Notes under the pieces: model-generated
Told to the model about the DNA's origin: nothing
What the model saw: the letters and a program-made list of their open reading frames with translations, nothing else
Database searches by the model: none
Program-made: the position numbers and the translations under genes
Virus record (IMG/VR): IMGVR_UViG_3300006735_000087
Location: 1-36,993 of that record
Length of the DNA stretch: 36,993 nucleotides
Source: a virus
Lineage: Duplodnaviria; Caudoviricetes
Reading direction: 5' to 3' (one strand)
Shown: one piece after another, positions 13,501 through 20,566 of the stretch
Position numbering within the stretch: the first letter of the stretch is position 1
How the letters are laid out: the number at the start of each line of letters is the position of its first letter

Positions 13501-16500
13501 GTGACTTGGCTGGTAATTCTTTACAGAGTGCAGCGCATGCTGCTACAAAGAAAGCCTTTGCAATTTGGCACATGGATGGAGGCTATCATCCGGGTGGTCA
13601 TTTCCTTGATAACCATGTAAACATCAATCCAAAGCACCCAGTAGAGAATGGTAGGCTAGCCACAGGTAGTGCTAACAAACACAATGTGTCTGCATTTAGA
13701 CCATGTGGCTTGTTAGCCGAAGCATATCTTAGTAAATATGGAGGCTCACCTGATAATCAAGTAAGTGACGAAAATGTTGTACTGATAGACGCTACTCGTG
13801 TACAGAACGCAGAGGAGTTAGGGGCAGTCATCAGTGCATCCATCAATACATTCCCCGGCAAAGACCCACTCAAAGCAATCGGTGGTACATTCCTTCCGTC
13901 TATGCAAAATGCACACAAACAAGATAGATATGGTTGGGTAGAGGTTGCAGTAAACCAATACACTGCTCAGTCAGGAGGCACTGCTGCTAGCGTTAGAGTA
14001 ACAAGTACGGCCACTACATTCCCTGACTACGGTTGGTTAAGATTTAGTAACGGTAATAGTGCTGGGTATGCACCTTATATTAGTCAGTCCATAAGTGCAC
14101 CTAATACTACCTTTACGTTAGGTAAAAGTCCAGCGGTTAGTGTTCCCGGTGCCTTGGCGATTGCCGACCCCGGAAGTGGCGGTTATTCGACGGCTTCCGG
14201 TTTGGCTACAACTGGTGGTTCAGGAACGGGATTAACTGTAGAAATCACTTCTGTAAGTGCAGGTCGTGTGACAGGTGTGACAATTACCAATGCAGGTTCA
14301 GGTTATCTCGATGCTGAAACCGTAATAATTCAACAAGGTGGCTCTTCCAATGACGCTAGAATAGACTTAACAGTAAACACTGCCAACACTAACGTAACCG
14401 ATCCTGAAAATATGAGAGATGTACCTGTAGATAATAGTTTCAAAGCCTATGTTTGGACTAAAGCGGGCACTCATCGCCACAATAACGACAGTGGTGTAAC
14501 TGCTCGTGACCACATGTGTCAAGTGCATTATAATGGGTTGATTGATGCAATAGACAGGACCAAGCCGGTTGGTGCAGTAGGATGGGCAGGTGAAGCATAC
14601 TCTTACTTAAATTCGTATACAGGTACTCAGATAGGTTCAGGGCTTTACCCTGCTGGACTTGGTGCTTGGCACCCATTCCTTGGTTTCAATCCATACGGTG
14701 CTGCTGAAACCTGTCTAGCATCATCTTCACCTGTAGGCACTGGTGATACTGCTACTGCGACCTTTTCAGATTTCTGTGTAAATGGTTTGTCTTCAAGGCA
14801 CTTGATTGCAATAACTAACGAAAGCGAGTTACCTCTTATCGCTAAAGCAGATAGAGACGGTATACTTTGTTCAGGTGATTGGCTGATGGCAAAAGAAAAT
14901 GGTAATATTTTGCATGCTGGTACAGTTCAATGGGACACTGCCAAAGTGCACAATAAATCACGTTACGTTGCTTATGCTAACGCAGGTCCTCGTGTAGAAG
15001 CGCAGATGCATAGCGGATTTACTAGGCCATTTGATAACACGGATTACCCTGCTACAGGAAGTGCGCCTTCAGACGCTGAATGGCATCGCACTATACAGTC
15101 AGGCGATATGGTGCAAGCAAACCCTTGTCTGCACCCTACTGGTGATTTGTTTTGGGATGAAAGTGTAGTCAAAGGCTCTAATTTCCATGAAAACTTTGGA
15201 ACAAATGGTGTAGAGTGTATTGGTAACAGTGGGTTGAAAGACTATCTAAACCCTGCAGCAGCATCTACTGCTATGCCTCACCCCGGATTATTTGGTTATT
15301 ACAGCAAGCGTTCGGCTGCTCGTAACTTCTCGGCTGAGCACATTGTTTGGAAGAGAATGGATGGTGGTAGTCTAACAATGCCCGCTGCCAATGCAAGAGG
15401 GCTAGGGGCAGTGCCTTGGGTAAGGCGTAAAAATGCAGACACAGGTGAATATGATTTAGTAGGTGAAAAGGTGCTAGGCAATGTACGATTTAGTTTCGAG
15501 TCTACTAACTCTGCCATGTTCCCGGTAATACAGGCTCAAGAATTATCGCACCCTCAATTGGCTAAACAACACCCTGTAAAGGTCAAAAATGCATTAATGA
15601 TACCGAATGAGGAAATGCAATTTCAAAGTATGATGGTTGTTGATGACACAGGCCAAGAGCACCGATTAGAAGGCGGCTCGCCATTAGGTACAGTTATCAT
15701 GGATTTCAGGCATGTCAGTGACAGAGAGATTCAAGGTTTAGCGCCAGCATTGGCGGGCACTGGTATTTCGCCTAACATGAAGATACGCTTACCTAACCCT
15801 GATGAGATTCCCGGCAACATCATAGTTAGGCCCGGCTTCGATCGCATACAAGCATATCAAAATGAAACGATTGGTTCGGGTGGTTTACAGCACCCTGCCC
15901 AGCCTGTACAACATATAACAGATATGTTCGACAATACATATGCAGGTCCTCGACTTTGGCCTACTTGGGAAAACAACGGATGGGAACATGTAAGTCAGGA
16001 CGGCACAGATGTATCTATTACTAAGCACGACCACAGGTTAGATTTCCCTGCGTCTACATCAGAGGGTTGGCAGGACCATACTGGTAACAAACCTTTGTCC
16101 ACATCTTATGAGCCGCATGACAGAAGTCTGTATTTCCATGTAACCAAGATGGGTGTTACTTCCACTCATAGATATGGTGCATTAGAAACACCTTATTTTA
16201 CTCATACCACTAACACATTGTCAATACAAGGGGCACTTTCTTCAGCGGATTGGTTAGATACTACTGAGCAAAGTGGCGGCAGGTACTTTTTGAGAATTTA
16301 CAACCAAGACACAGGCAAAGGGACATTTGCTTCTTACACTGGTAGAACTAATGATAGTCCCGAAGTCGGAGTAAGTACTTTTACCGGCGTTGTATTTTCT
16401 CCTGATTTTGAACAATTTATAGCGAACAACCTAGGTAGTAATTTACTTATTGTGCCGAGTTATTATATGCCTGCAGGAAGCACTCGTATATTTGCATCTC

Positions 16501-19500
16501 GTAGACTTCGTGACCATAGCGAGTATAGTGGTGCTAGCCCTGATATGAAGATTACAGATTGGTTCGAGATATATGACAAATTACCTGCAAGTACTGGAAA
16601 CTTTGTAAACCCATCTATACCTTACCAATATATCGCAGGCGCTTTAAGTCCTAAAATGACACCTATGCCAATTCCAAGAATGGGTCACCATTATGCTAAT
16701 CCGACTATGGCGTTGCTACCCGGACACTACGCCCACCCTGCTTACCAAAGAATATACGACCTGAATCAAAGTTGTAGGACATCTAATAACGACTTCGCTA
16801 TTAACAGTTTGATTGGTACAAATGAAGGAACACGCACTAGCACAACTGCTACTTCAACTACGCATGAGCCGGGTCGTGACCCTTACATTTACTTCTCAGG
16901 ACCAACCGCAGCATTCTCTCCATCTGACATACACGGTGGAGGATTCACATTGTTGACTGAAACTAAAATCAAGTATGAAGGGTATGGTGTGGCAGCATCT
17001 GTAGGCGATGCAGGTACAAAGAACGCTGCTGGTGGACACGAGTTAGTGCTAGAGGCAGCAGGTACATACACTCTCAACGACCATTTCCCCGATCCAATGG
17101 AAGTAGGCGCTTACCAAATCGTAATACAGCCTAACTTGTTCAAGCAACAATTGAAAGGATTCCACGCAAACGGACCTGCTACAGATGTACCTGATGGCTC
17201 AGTTGTAGAATTGACTGGGCAACAGGTAAACACAGTTATTGCCATTGAACAGGATATTAGTACAAATGGCGCGCACACGCTTATACTGGCAGATGCTATA
17301 ATGGCAGACGTTAGGGGTTGTGAAGTAATAATTAACGAAGTGATGTTAGACATAGAGCCTGATTCGGGCAGTCACTTTACCAATATACCTGCTTTAGGAC
17401 TATACAATTCATTAGGTGTACAAGAGACTACTTCCCCTTCACTTAGCCGAAGAAGTATGCCTTACAAGCCGGGTATGTTTAGTAGTGCTACACCGGGTTA
17501 TACAATCACAATCCCTTGGTGGGGCATACTTCATAATGAAGGTGCTACTGCTAGCGGCGCTAATAAGTTCAAACACTTAGAGTGGCACAAGCCTGACAAT
17601 TATTACGAATTCTGTAGAATGTCTTATGGGTGCATTGGTGCTCAATTAACCATTGCTGGCTATCCTACATCGTTCATGGACATTTACGAAGTACACAGAC
17701 GCAATAGAAGTATGAACCCTACCTGTGTAGTGCTTTCTACTAATCAAGGTGGCAGCACTATAACTGTGGATAACAATGATTTATTCCCTGTAGAACCTTA
17801 CTATGGAGAAGAGTTAGAGTACACTAAGAATGGTATAACTTATACTGCTACTTATGGTAATCGTACTGGTACTTTAGCACATGCTACTTTGGGTGTATCT
17901 ACTACATTTGAAAGCGTTACTGGTAGCACAGAATTTTGGGCTAACATCGCTGCTAATACAGTGTTGAAATTGACTAGACCTTACAACACATATGCTTCTG
18001 ATACAGTGTTTTTGGATTCTAAAGTTAGCGCCTTAGCGAAACTATTCCCACAAGTTCCTAGCGGATTGGACAAATCTTTGAAAGATGGTAGTGGGGACAC
18101 AAACAGTCTACACTTACCTGATGCATATCTGTGCTTGTGGCATCCTAATTTAGGCAGGCCGTTCACTTGGTACAGCGATACTGCTACAGGCGGCACCCGT
18201 AACTTCTATGACAAGACTGGTGTGGCTGACACCCCTGTTGACAAGAAACCTTACAATCACATGCCTGAGTTCTTTGAAACTATACACTATCATGATTTCA
18301 ATTATGTTGCTAGTAAAGGGCCATTTGGATTTGCAATGAAGTGGGTAGCCCCTCCACACGACCATGATAATGATGGGGGCACTGCACTAAGTCACGATGG
18401 ATCGATATATACCGCTGCACAAATAGATGCACTTGTTGATGGCGGAGGCACATTAAATCATCAAGGAGGTACATTTGACTCTACTAAGTATAACTTTGCT
18501 GGATTTTGGCCGGGTGGCTCACACGGTGGAGGAGCAGTAAGTCGATTAGAAACTTACGCTAGTGCACTCATAGGTTGGGGAGGAGTGACCCATGGAATGG
18601 ATTGTGGTGGGTTTGATGACAATACTGGAATTAGAACTCGCACCTATGCTCAAATGACATCTGCTTCTGCTTATGCTCGTAACTATTGCTTCGGTTATAG
18701 ATTTGGAGTCAGGCAGGCTTACAACAGACCAAGATACGCTAACTACGTGCGTGGTTGGTTAGAAGTGGCTAATGCAAATGCTTTACTTGGCTACTACCAT
18801 GGTCCATTTGTACAACAAGATAACAAGAATACAGGGTGGGATTACGTAGGAACTGACACTGGGTCACAGTCCGACATTACCTTCAATGCTAGTTACATAG
18901 GAATACTTGAGAGATTAACTCAAATCAGTGCGCTACTGAACCAAGACCAAATCGGTAGACAAGTTAGATATAGCGATGGTAGGAGAATGACAGAAGCCTT
19001 TGGTTGTGCTGTTAGAACTATACGAAATGCATCTACTGTAAGAAGAGAATATCCCGGCGACCATGCAGGTAAAAACATAGCAGACTTAGCAGATGCTCAT
19101 CGATACTACATGATTGATTGGTGGGGCAATACTCGTGGAGAAGATGTTCGTAGATTCCCTGTTAGAGGGTTCGGTATAAGACCATCTTGGGATCCTGAAG
19201 ACGCTTACGCCGATACAAATGTAACTCACAGACCAGCCGCACACAGTTTGTTCGCAGGAGATGGAAATGACCGCTACAGCGGTAATGCAAACACGGCTAA
19301 CAATGATGCTAGTAACATGGGTGTCGCCGACTGGTTTAATCCAGCGAGCGCTATGCGTGTTGGAGATAGAGGTGATGGAAGAGGAGTCCGTTGGCCTACT
19401 GTGTTCAACGAAAGCATGCTCATGGATGTTAGTGAAACTCATGAGGCTACAGGTTTAGTTCTATCTCACAGTACAGCCGAGCCTGCGTTTGGACAGGGGT

Positions 19501-20564
19501 TGGTTCGACCAAGTAATGAAGCACTACAAGCAGGTGAAATCGATAGAGGTATCAGTGCAAGACTCGATTTAGCGGACGAAGATGGATTACTCAAGCCGAG
19601 CGCATCTGTTGGTGAAGGAGTAGAAACAGTTACTGCTGACACTAGGTTAGTAGACCCTGTTGCTAGAGATGATATCCGAATGGGACTAGATGTAGATACC
19701 ATTGCTGAACTCAACGATGGTGTTAGCAGAGAATATGTCATCATGTCTACAGAAGCAGCCAGTCTACACACTGACAAAGAAGTGGGGCAGAGGACAAACT
19801 TACGAGGTGCTATGACAGGTGCGAGTCGCACATTAGGTAACTTCGATCTGACTGCTCTAAACTTCAGTACCAACCCAGTTGCTGGAATTACAAGATTCTC
19901 TAACGCTCATGCATATTGGGCACTAGGTGGCACTTACATCATGGAATGGAGCAGGCATTCAGGCGTATTAGATGTCAAAGGATGGGGGCAGACGGGTGTA
20001 TCTACTTCGTCTAACCCGTACCAAGATGCTAACCACGACCCAATTATACAGAATACTAACTTCACTGATTCTAAGATAGACTTCTTGTATAGACCTGCTC
20101 AAGTATTGGACAGTAAACACATACAGTTCTTCAGACCTGCACCTGTAATGAAAACTAGTGCAGACCAAGTTGGCTCTAACTTCTATAGAGCGACAGCCGG
20201 AGGCAAATACGGACTATTTACAAGTGACGCACCGGGTGCACTGACAGGTACTCCAAGTAGTCCACCGTATGCACCTGTTTACACAATGACTCCCGGCTCT
20301 AGTTTAACAGTGCCTACAAGTCAAGGGCCTAAGATTGAGGGTGTAGATGTAACAGGATATGATAAGACCGATATCCGATCTCCGGTAGCAAGAGTAGTCA
20401 TGTCTGAGAATACACTTGAACACTTTAGAGCAGATGCAAGTCGCAAGTCACCTGATGATGAAGAAGGCGATTTCGCTGTACAGCCGAGACACAGCCAAAC
20501 ACTACATCCAAAGGGTAGCGATGGTGATGCATCTTATAATACAGGGGACCATAGCGGGGAGTGA
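4503..20564 (+). CDS. Giant (~5,350 aa) modular virion structural/adhesion protein with N-terminal LamG-like domain
   Basis: Uninterrupted 16-kb ORF. ATG at 4503 follows a GGGGTG RBS (the ORF track starts at GTG 4497). N-terminal LamG signature (LLFNG...SFTLETWIVP...LTMHING...YRGTIEAIHLS...IALWRFEE). Many Gly/Thr/Ser-rich beta modules. Lies among tail-like genes. Confidence 0.75.
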   Translation: MTILIDPGHALLFNGITDGVIVPPNLNVVHGKNDETVKTLPNVLRSFTLETWIVPDCGGIVYEYENVMRLSVGTPSSPAPATFEINLENVAAGTSSVHTLNSAKPVHSPNGELAYWDGVLFPTPSLTLHNSYIYTDAAVNDSTALNDGHRELLNVTVTFTGRRLTMHINGDIVVSKAFDEIQQVVLNPSNMFLGGKGGEYRGTIEAIHLSRGVKPSGKVAYAPVKSDDTIALWRFEEPIEPITTQVVTPSISASTSANSTINIGTTAAKALAKELAGDGVSENIDFTTAAPWNSQGSYTVKKYAATSTSDITIPKVPYNIIVNPLGYNPTTGKPTAKAPERLRLTAINGGAGTITVESIHLDFGATSNGRRGALQAHDAGIFVIVTGDCIVDGGNGNDFQPQGSGTQFSHRQGQVCIDESEFENHGIMFSMSMAIDSDTFNKFSASSANPGDGFYIGHAGRHTLNHVKSHPFMGTLPPASDLVVDKKLDASADVISASFESQYADIKDTVLINSKVTAYDSIISNQITNLSFSTKVSQVVENGMSDISDTQRGIIGLGGAKFDSSLFSLKTIGGNTTLNDSKEASRHLVPSNEARIAILDLPSLSTYNYAPFVQIHYNAVCHNSENFSVAAASRIDSSFTSTSTTIKLESIKSFGKDGAVLPASNFSIDGTAATTDGSITATLNHTTKKVTFSAATDLAFQDIDDTGAIVRLSMDGSSIMVTKTVPDVSTIVTGSTSILDLIHTALDAGDLDIYSPGGRIEIDMPENFGFTEGDLEGDTEEGTLAESKLDFTLCPENYLPLTSTDTPAKTPQSIAVANSDLSTKNSQFSKVIIAPSYAPNNIEEVEDMARQLPINRRVRTGLLINNNGGYAASTTTALTVDGVDARTIFVDGDTVYKADGTVIGTINHTVTETTIRISGGSGTAVALQDNEELFVGPVELGKGTTNQSTTVHEIFDIIEHQVLNEKVVLTVQPSDRRRFTQLAKLRSDSSMPNSISIEYLVSRGRVLSFGDEADGSSSLLAYGLVSDIASASVSAKGDGAPDSHIVKEIMPGAPVVTVTLGGPGQGAINTKETWNPSPTARMPWSTRRDCVTLGTEVDTSARTITVTPLNNRATDLASWGTYCFPKVGRVYLEMPRTDVNEAIRFASAEYASKTGTTFTFASGSHQGTGMFVLADGSEADTFTDWVSGVESINIVGGNLHVDDKFLDESVCNDGTTINDRLFQTLDTVQHDYQLGTQYASTRALVEIPLFEEFFFDNPNEGIFPGPDNSMKIHVDATRTASNWAPNPVGRRHEEIRPQDPEVFGAFSYSIATNAHRSGTKITKPFTGTTISVEDASIFPIPTAGPTAVAGIDGSARFRRAFLSSGEWVLYTARDTSANTITAASAATAGGNFAMSKNFVKEFAVGVQLTPGPGYQDMSYSPIADNPLLKSAGYEGRRSFYYDRSNVMTQGGNVDYGMKQYVSAVEFRAGPRVNPHLDRIQSGRAKGIVESLNTGLNILYLKDGSLFPENVQGVSGYSGYRYRLAYRNASGTLNYAHYEARAGSVFTLAQRDAGFTPSEGDEVTLVDMNASPSTIYPEQKEGVFLNNSWAYPYAPGGLRDGDTVWMNMHYTNPHSIEGLFAKSRGTLNEGKVWTGFNGGQGAMHANPRSSIPLENFLIGNTCIETAKNFVQHVNKTIELNYEALGLSATLAPTVAYLDPYQSDSEHARVLLYDVAHDREFIAFQDLWMQVQSSADAIKIGAAPSGTTGAIVHDDDNSGSSLDVASGFPSQSKFLTATTKSQFIEAAYSHQSTWNASTGTVLSPHSPDVGTKYTTNGGMPRTNDAVINSNDALLLHQQIDKDSREASTFFDTPDGTRAIPAFLALKGIRSSTLDLSGHEESRLNGLDHWTKMDFVRRLTVDFGEVRLKDGVTNIEAAAREVVRLINQAGAKNGRTHARKEKEQHLGESTGSTHDPAPFWDVKKGFSSHDKGTHMGYVRAHLGRVVLDSNNKKGFSVVIHSTVPGAEGRNFCAWLDSSRAQSPYRPQYLIGHGGRFRNYWCQPDEMTGENMHPAPMPINRFGRPFAPITTLKEYIPPEETLDVFENNLSLGPETVAGSTQKTDTFREGASGRNSNTVVNESFETKSPSSTLVDGLRTGTSAQARINFGGLTQAGIPGWAPNAGKWGMGRDGDDRFKAIYGNASNAATAMLGSTIYTSTNKTGYIPEEQMKPANIGNGNLYGIRFEDHRGDNHTIRMVYKECDKPFGNDLTMVPPTFDEEVVIYFDDKDVAQGGFTIGKHMVGTGEVCGEKSGGTAKPYKGNLWNNYPSPAVGIHGAVSLTHGSAGTGETLTVVFSAPYDTSGSLSHPDILGYLGFPESGLLQLTDDASTSGNQGMTIHYTSRTHNNKSGAHKFYGCTGGTGSAISSVGHLVSPRINFTSVLTDEVIAAAFEFAMTMPDANDRSVSATSFDCTHMFAPDGRTLGEWGVSPTAIRVKVNNKNRTPLSKLFNVSRSKDWGLMEGASSDATVTSKHTGGLTDNERDDGTRLDVGYIPETVLHVTTRYRGTNANTATPILVDSQNNQLDVSTWQRNLRGDNYTSVAGDHIIPKVDSPMIKLSAKTSSLLTLASNTFLYSICVPGSDDANSWGERFTLWLGSEEYAEVTSTRGGADAEIKLDYGAATGTSANFASAVTATDILMRNGDIKNGMKTDGIRRASSKMSSPFLYFRGGRDSPDHWVPLYFGGGFSGVVMDVNDGTENDYGEFYTHPYAGGPTGSCGLQNVGEIAGSYALLDTNAMLAMFPGTPYLDNHKGKNNPPLFNQNGILPFDMAKGANNHATGTTYTDGTNTVSTNIPSPIILRFAHPHARYSSSGNTDDQTVYMVFGPGQAFPHNSAAFEPQGSNIVTTGNGYSAVPIYIGGDPSTNAFLPNELANGGDAVSGFNRTAVASAHLPRTSFFQKNRLSGFNYDMNWEPTKGFPSVSVHASSGDSFAQTFDKAFYYEGSLFDVAHLTYPPTAHPFNHAFSDLAGNSLQSAAHAATKKAFAIWHMDGGYHPGGHFLDNHVNINPKHPVENGRLATGSANKHNVSAFRPCGLLAEAYLSKYGGSPDNQVSDENVVLIDATRVQNAEELGAVISASINTFPGKDPLKAIGGTFLPSMQNAHKQDRYGWVEVAVNQYTAQSGGTAASVRVTSTATTFPDYGWLRFSNGNSAGYAPYISQSISAPNTTFTLGKSPAVSVPGALAIADPGSGGYSTASGLATTGGSGTGLTVEITSVSAGRVTGVTITNAGSGYLDAETVIIQQGGSSNDARIDLTVNTANTNVTDPENMRDVPVDNSFKAYVWTKAGTHRHNNDSGVTARDHMCQVHYNGLIDAIDRTKPVGAVGWAGEAYSYLNSYTGTQIGSGLYPAGLGAWHPFLGFNPYGAAETCLASSSPVGTGDTATATFSDFCVNGLSSRHLIAITNESELPLIAKADRDGILCSGDWLMAKENGNILHAGTVQWDTAKVHNKSRYVAYANAGPRVEAQMHSGFTRPFDNTDYPATGSAPSDAEWHRTIQSGDMVQANPCLHPTGDLFWDESVVKGSNFHENFGTNGVECIGNSGLKDYLNPAAASTAMPHPGLFGYYSKRSAARNFSAEHIVWKRMDGGSLTMPAANARGLGAVPWVRRKNADTGEYDLVGEKVLGNVRFSFESTNSAMFPVIQAQELSHPQLAKQHPVKVKNALMIPNEEMQFQSMMVVDDTGQEHRLEGGSPLGTVIMDFRHVSDREIQGLAPALAGTGISPNMKIRLPNPDEIPGNIIVRPGFDRIQAYQNETIGSGGLQHPAQPVQHITDMFDNTYAGPRLWPTWENNGWEHVSQDGTDVSITKHDHRLDFPASTSEGWQDHTGNKPLSTSYEPHDRSLYFHVTKMGVTSTHRYGALETPYFTHTTNTLSIQGALSSADWLDTTEQSGGRYFLRIYNQDTGKGTFASYTGRTNDSPEVGVSTFTGVVFSPDFEQFIANNLGSNLLIVPSYYMPAGSTRIFASRRLRDHSEYSGASPDMKITDWFEIYDKLPASTGNFVNPSIPYQYIAGALSPKMTPMPIPRMGHHYANPTMALLPGHYAHPAYQRIYDLNQSCRTSNNDFAINSLIGTNEGTRTSTTATSTTHEPGRDPYIYFSGPTAAFSPSDIHGGGFTLLTETKIKYEGYGVAASVGDAGTKNAAGGHELVLEAAGTYTLNDHFPDPMEVGAYQIVIQPNLFKQQLKGFHANGPATDVPDGSVVELTGQQVNTVIAIEQDISTNGAHTLILADAIMADVRGCEVIINEVMLDIEPDSGSHFTNIPALGLYNSLGVQETTSPSLSRRSMPYKPGMFSSATPGYTITIPWWGILHNEGATASGANKFKHLEWHKPDNYYEFCRMSYGCIGAQLTIAGYPTSFMDIYEVHRRNRSMNPTCVVLSTNQGGSTITVDNNDLFPVEPYYGEELEYTKNGITYTATYGNRTGTLAHATLGVSTTFESVTGSTEFWANIAANTVLKLTRPYNTYASDTVFLDSKVSALAKLFPQVPSGLDKSLKDGSGDTNSLHLPDAYLCLWHPNLGRPFTWYSDTATGGTRNFYDKTGVADTPVDKKPYNHMPEFFETIHYHDFNYVASKGPFGFAMKWVAPPHDHDNDGGTALSHDGSIYTAAQIDALVDGGGTLNHQGGTFDSTKYNFAGFWPGGSHGGGAVSRLETYASALIGWGGVTHGMDCGGFDDNTGIRTRTYAQMTSASAYARNYCFGYRFGVRQAYNRPRYANYVRGWLEVANANALLGYYHGPFVQQDNKNTGWDYVGTDTGSQSDITFNASYIGILERLTQISALLNQDQIGRQVRYSDGRRMTEAFGCAVRTIRNASTVRREYPGDHAGKNIADLADAHRYYMIDWWGNTRGEDVRRFPVRGFGIRPSWDPEDAYADTNVTHRPAAHSLFAGDGNDRYSGNANTANNDASNMGVADWFNPASAMRVGDRGDGRGVRWPTVFNESMLMDVSETHEATGLVLSHSTAEPAFGQGLVRPSNEALQAGEIDRGISARLDLADEDGLLKPSASVGEGVETVTADTRLVDPVARDDIRMGLDVDTIAELNDGVSREYVIMSTEAASLHTDKEVGQRTNLRGAMTGASRTLGNFDLTALNFSTNPVAGITRFSNAHAYWALGGTYIMEWSRHSGVLDVKGWGQTGVSTSSNPYQDANHDPIIQNTNFTDSKIDFLYRPAQVLDSKHIQFFRPAPVMKTSADQVGSNFYRATAGGKYGLFTSDAPGALTGTPSSPPYAPVYTMTPGSSLTVPTSQGPKIEGVDVTGYDKTDIRSPVARVVMSENTLEHFRADASRKSPDDEEGDFAVQPRHSQTLHPKGSDGDASYNTGDHSGE

Positions 20565-20566
20565 AC

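Noticed and set aside
4503-20564. Tape-measure protein or intein-containing protein
   Set aside because: The composition is beta/loop-like rather than helical Ala/Leu-rich, and I saw no intein splice-junction or LAGLIDADG motifs.
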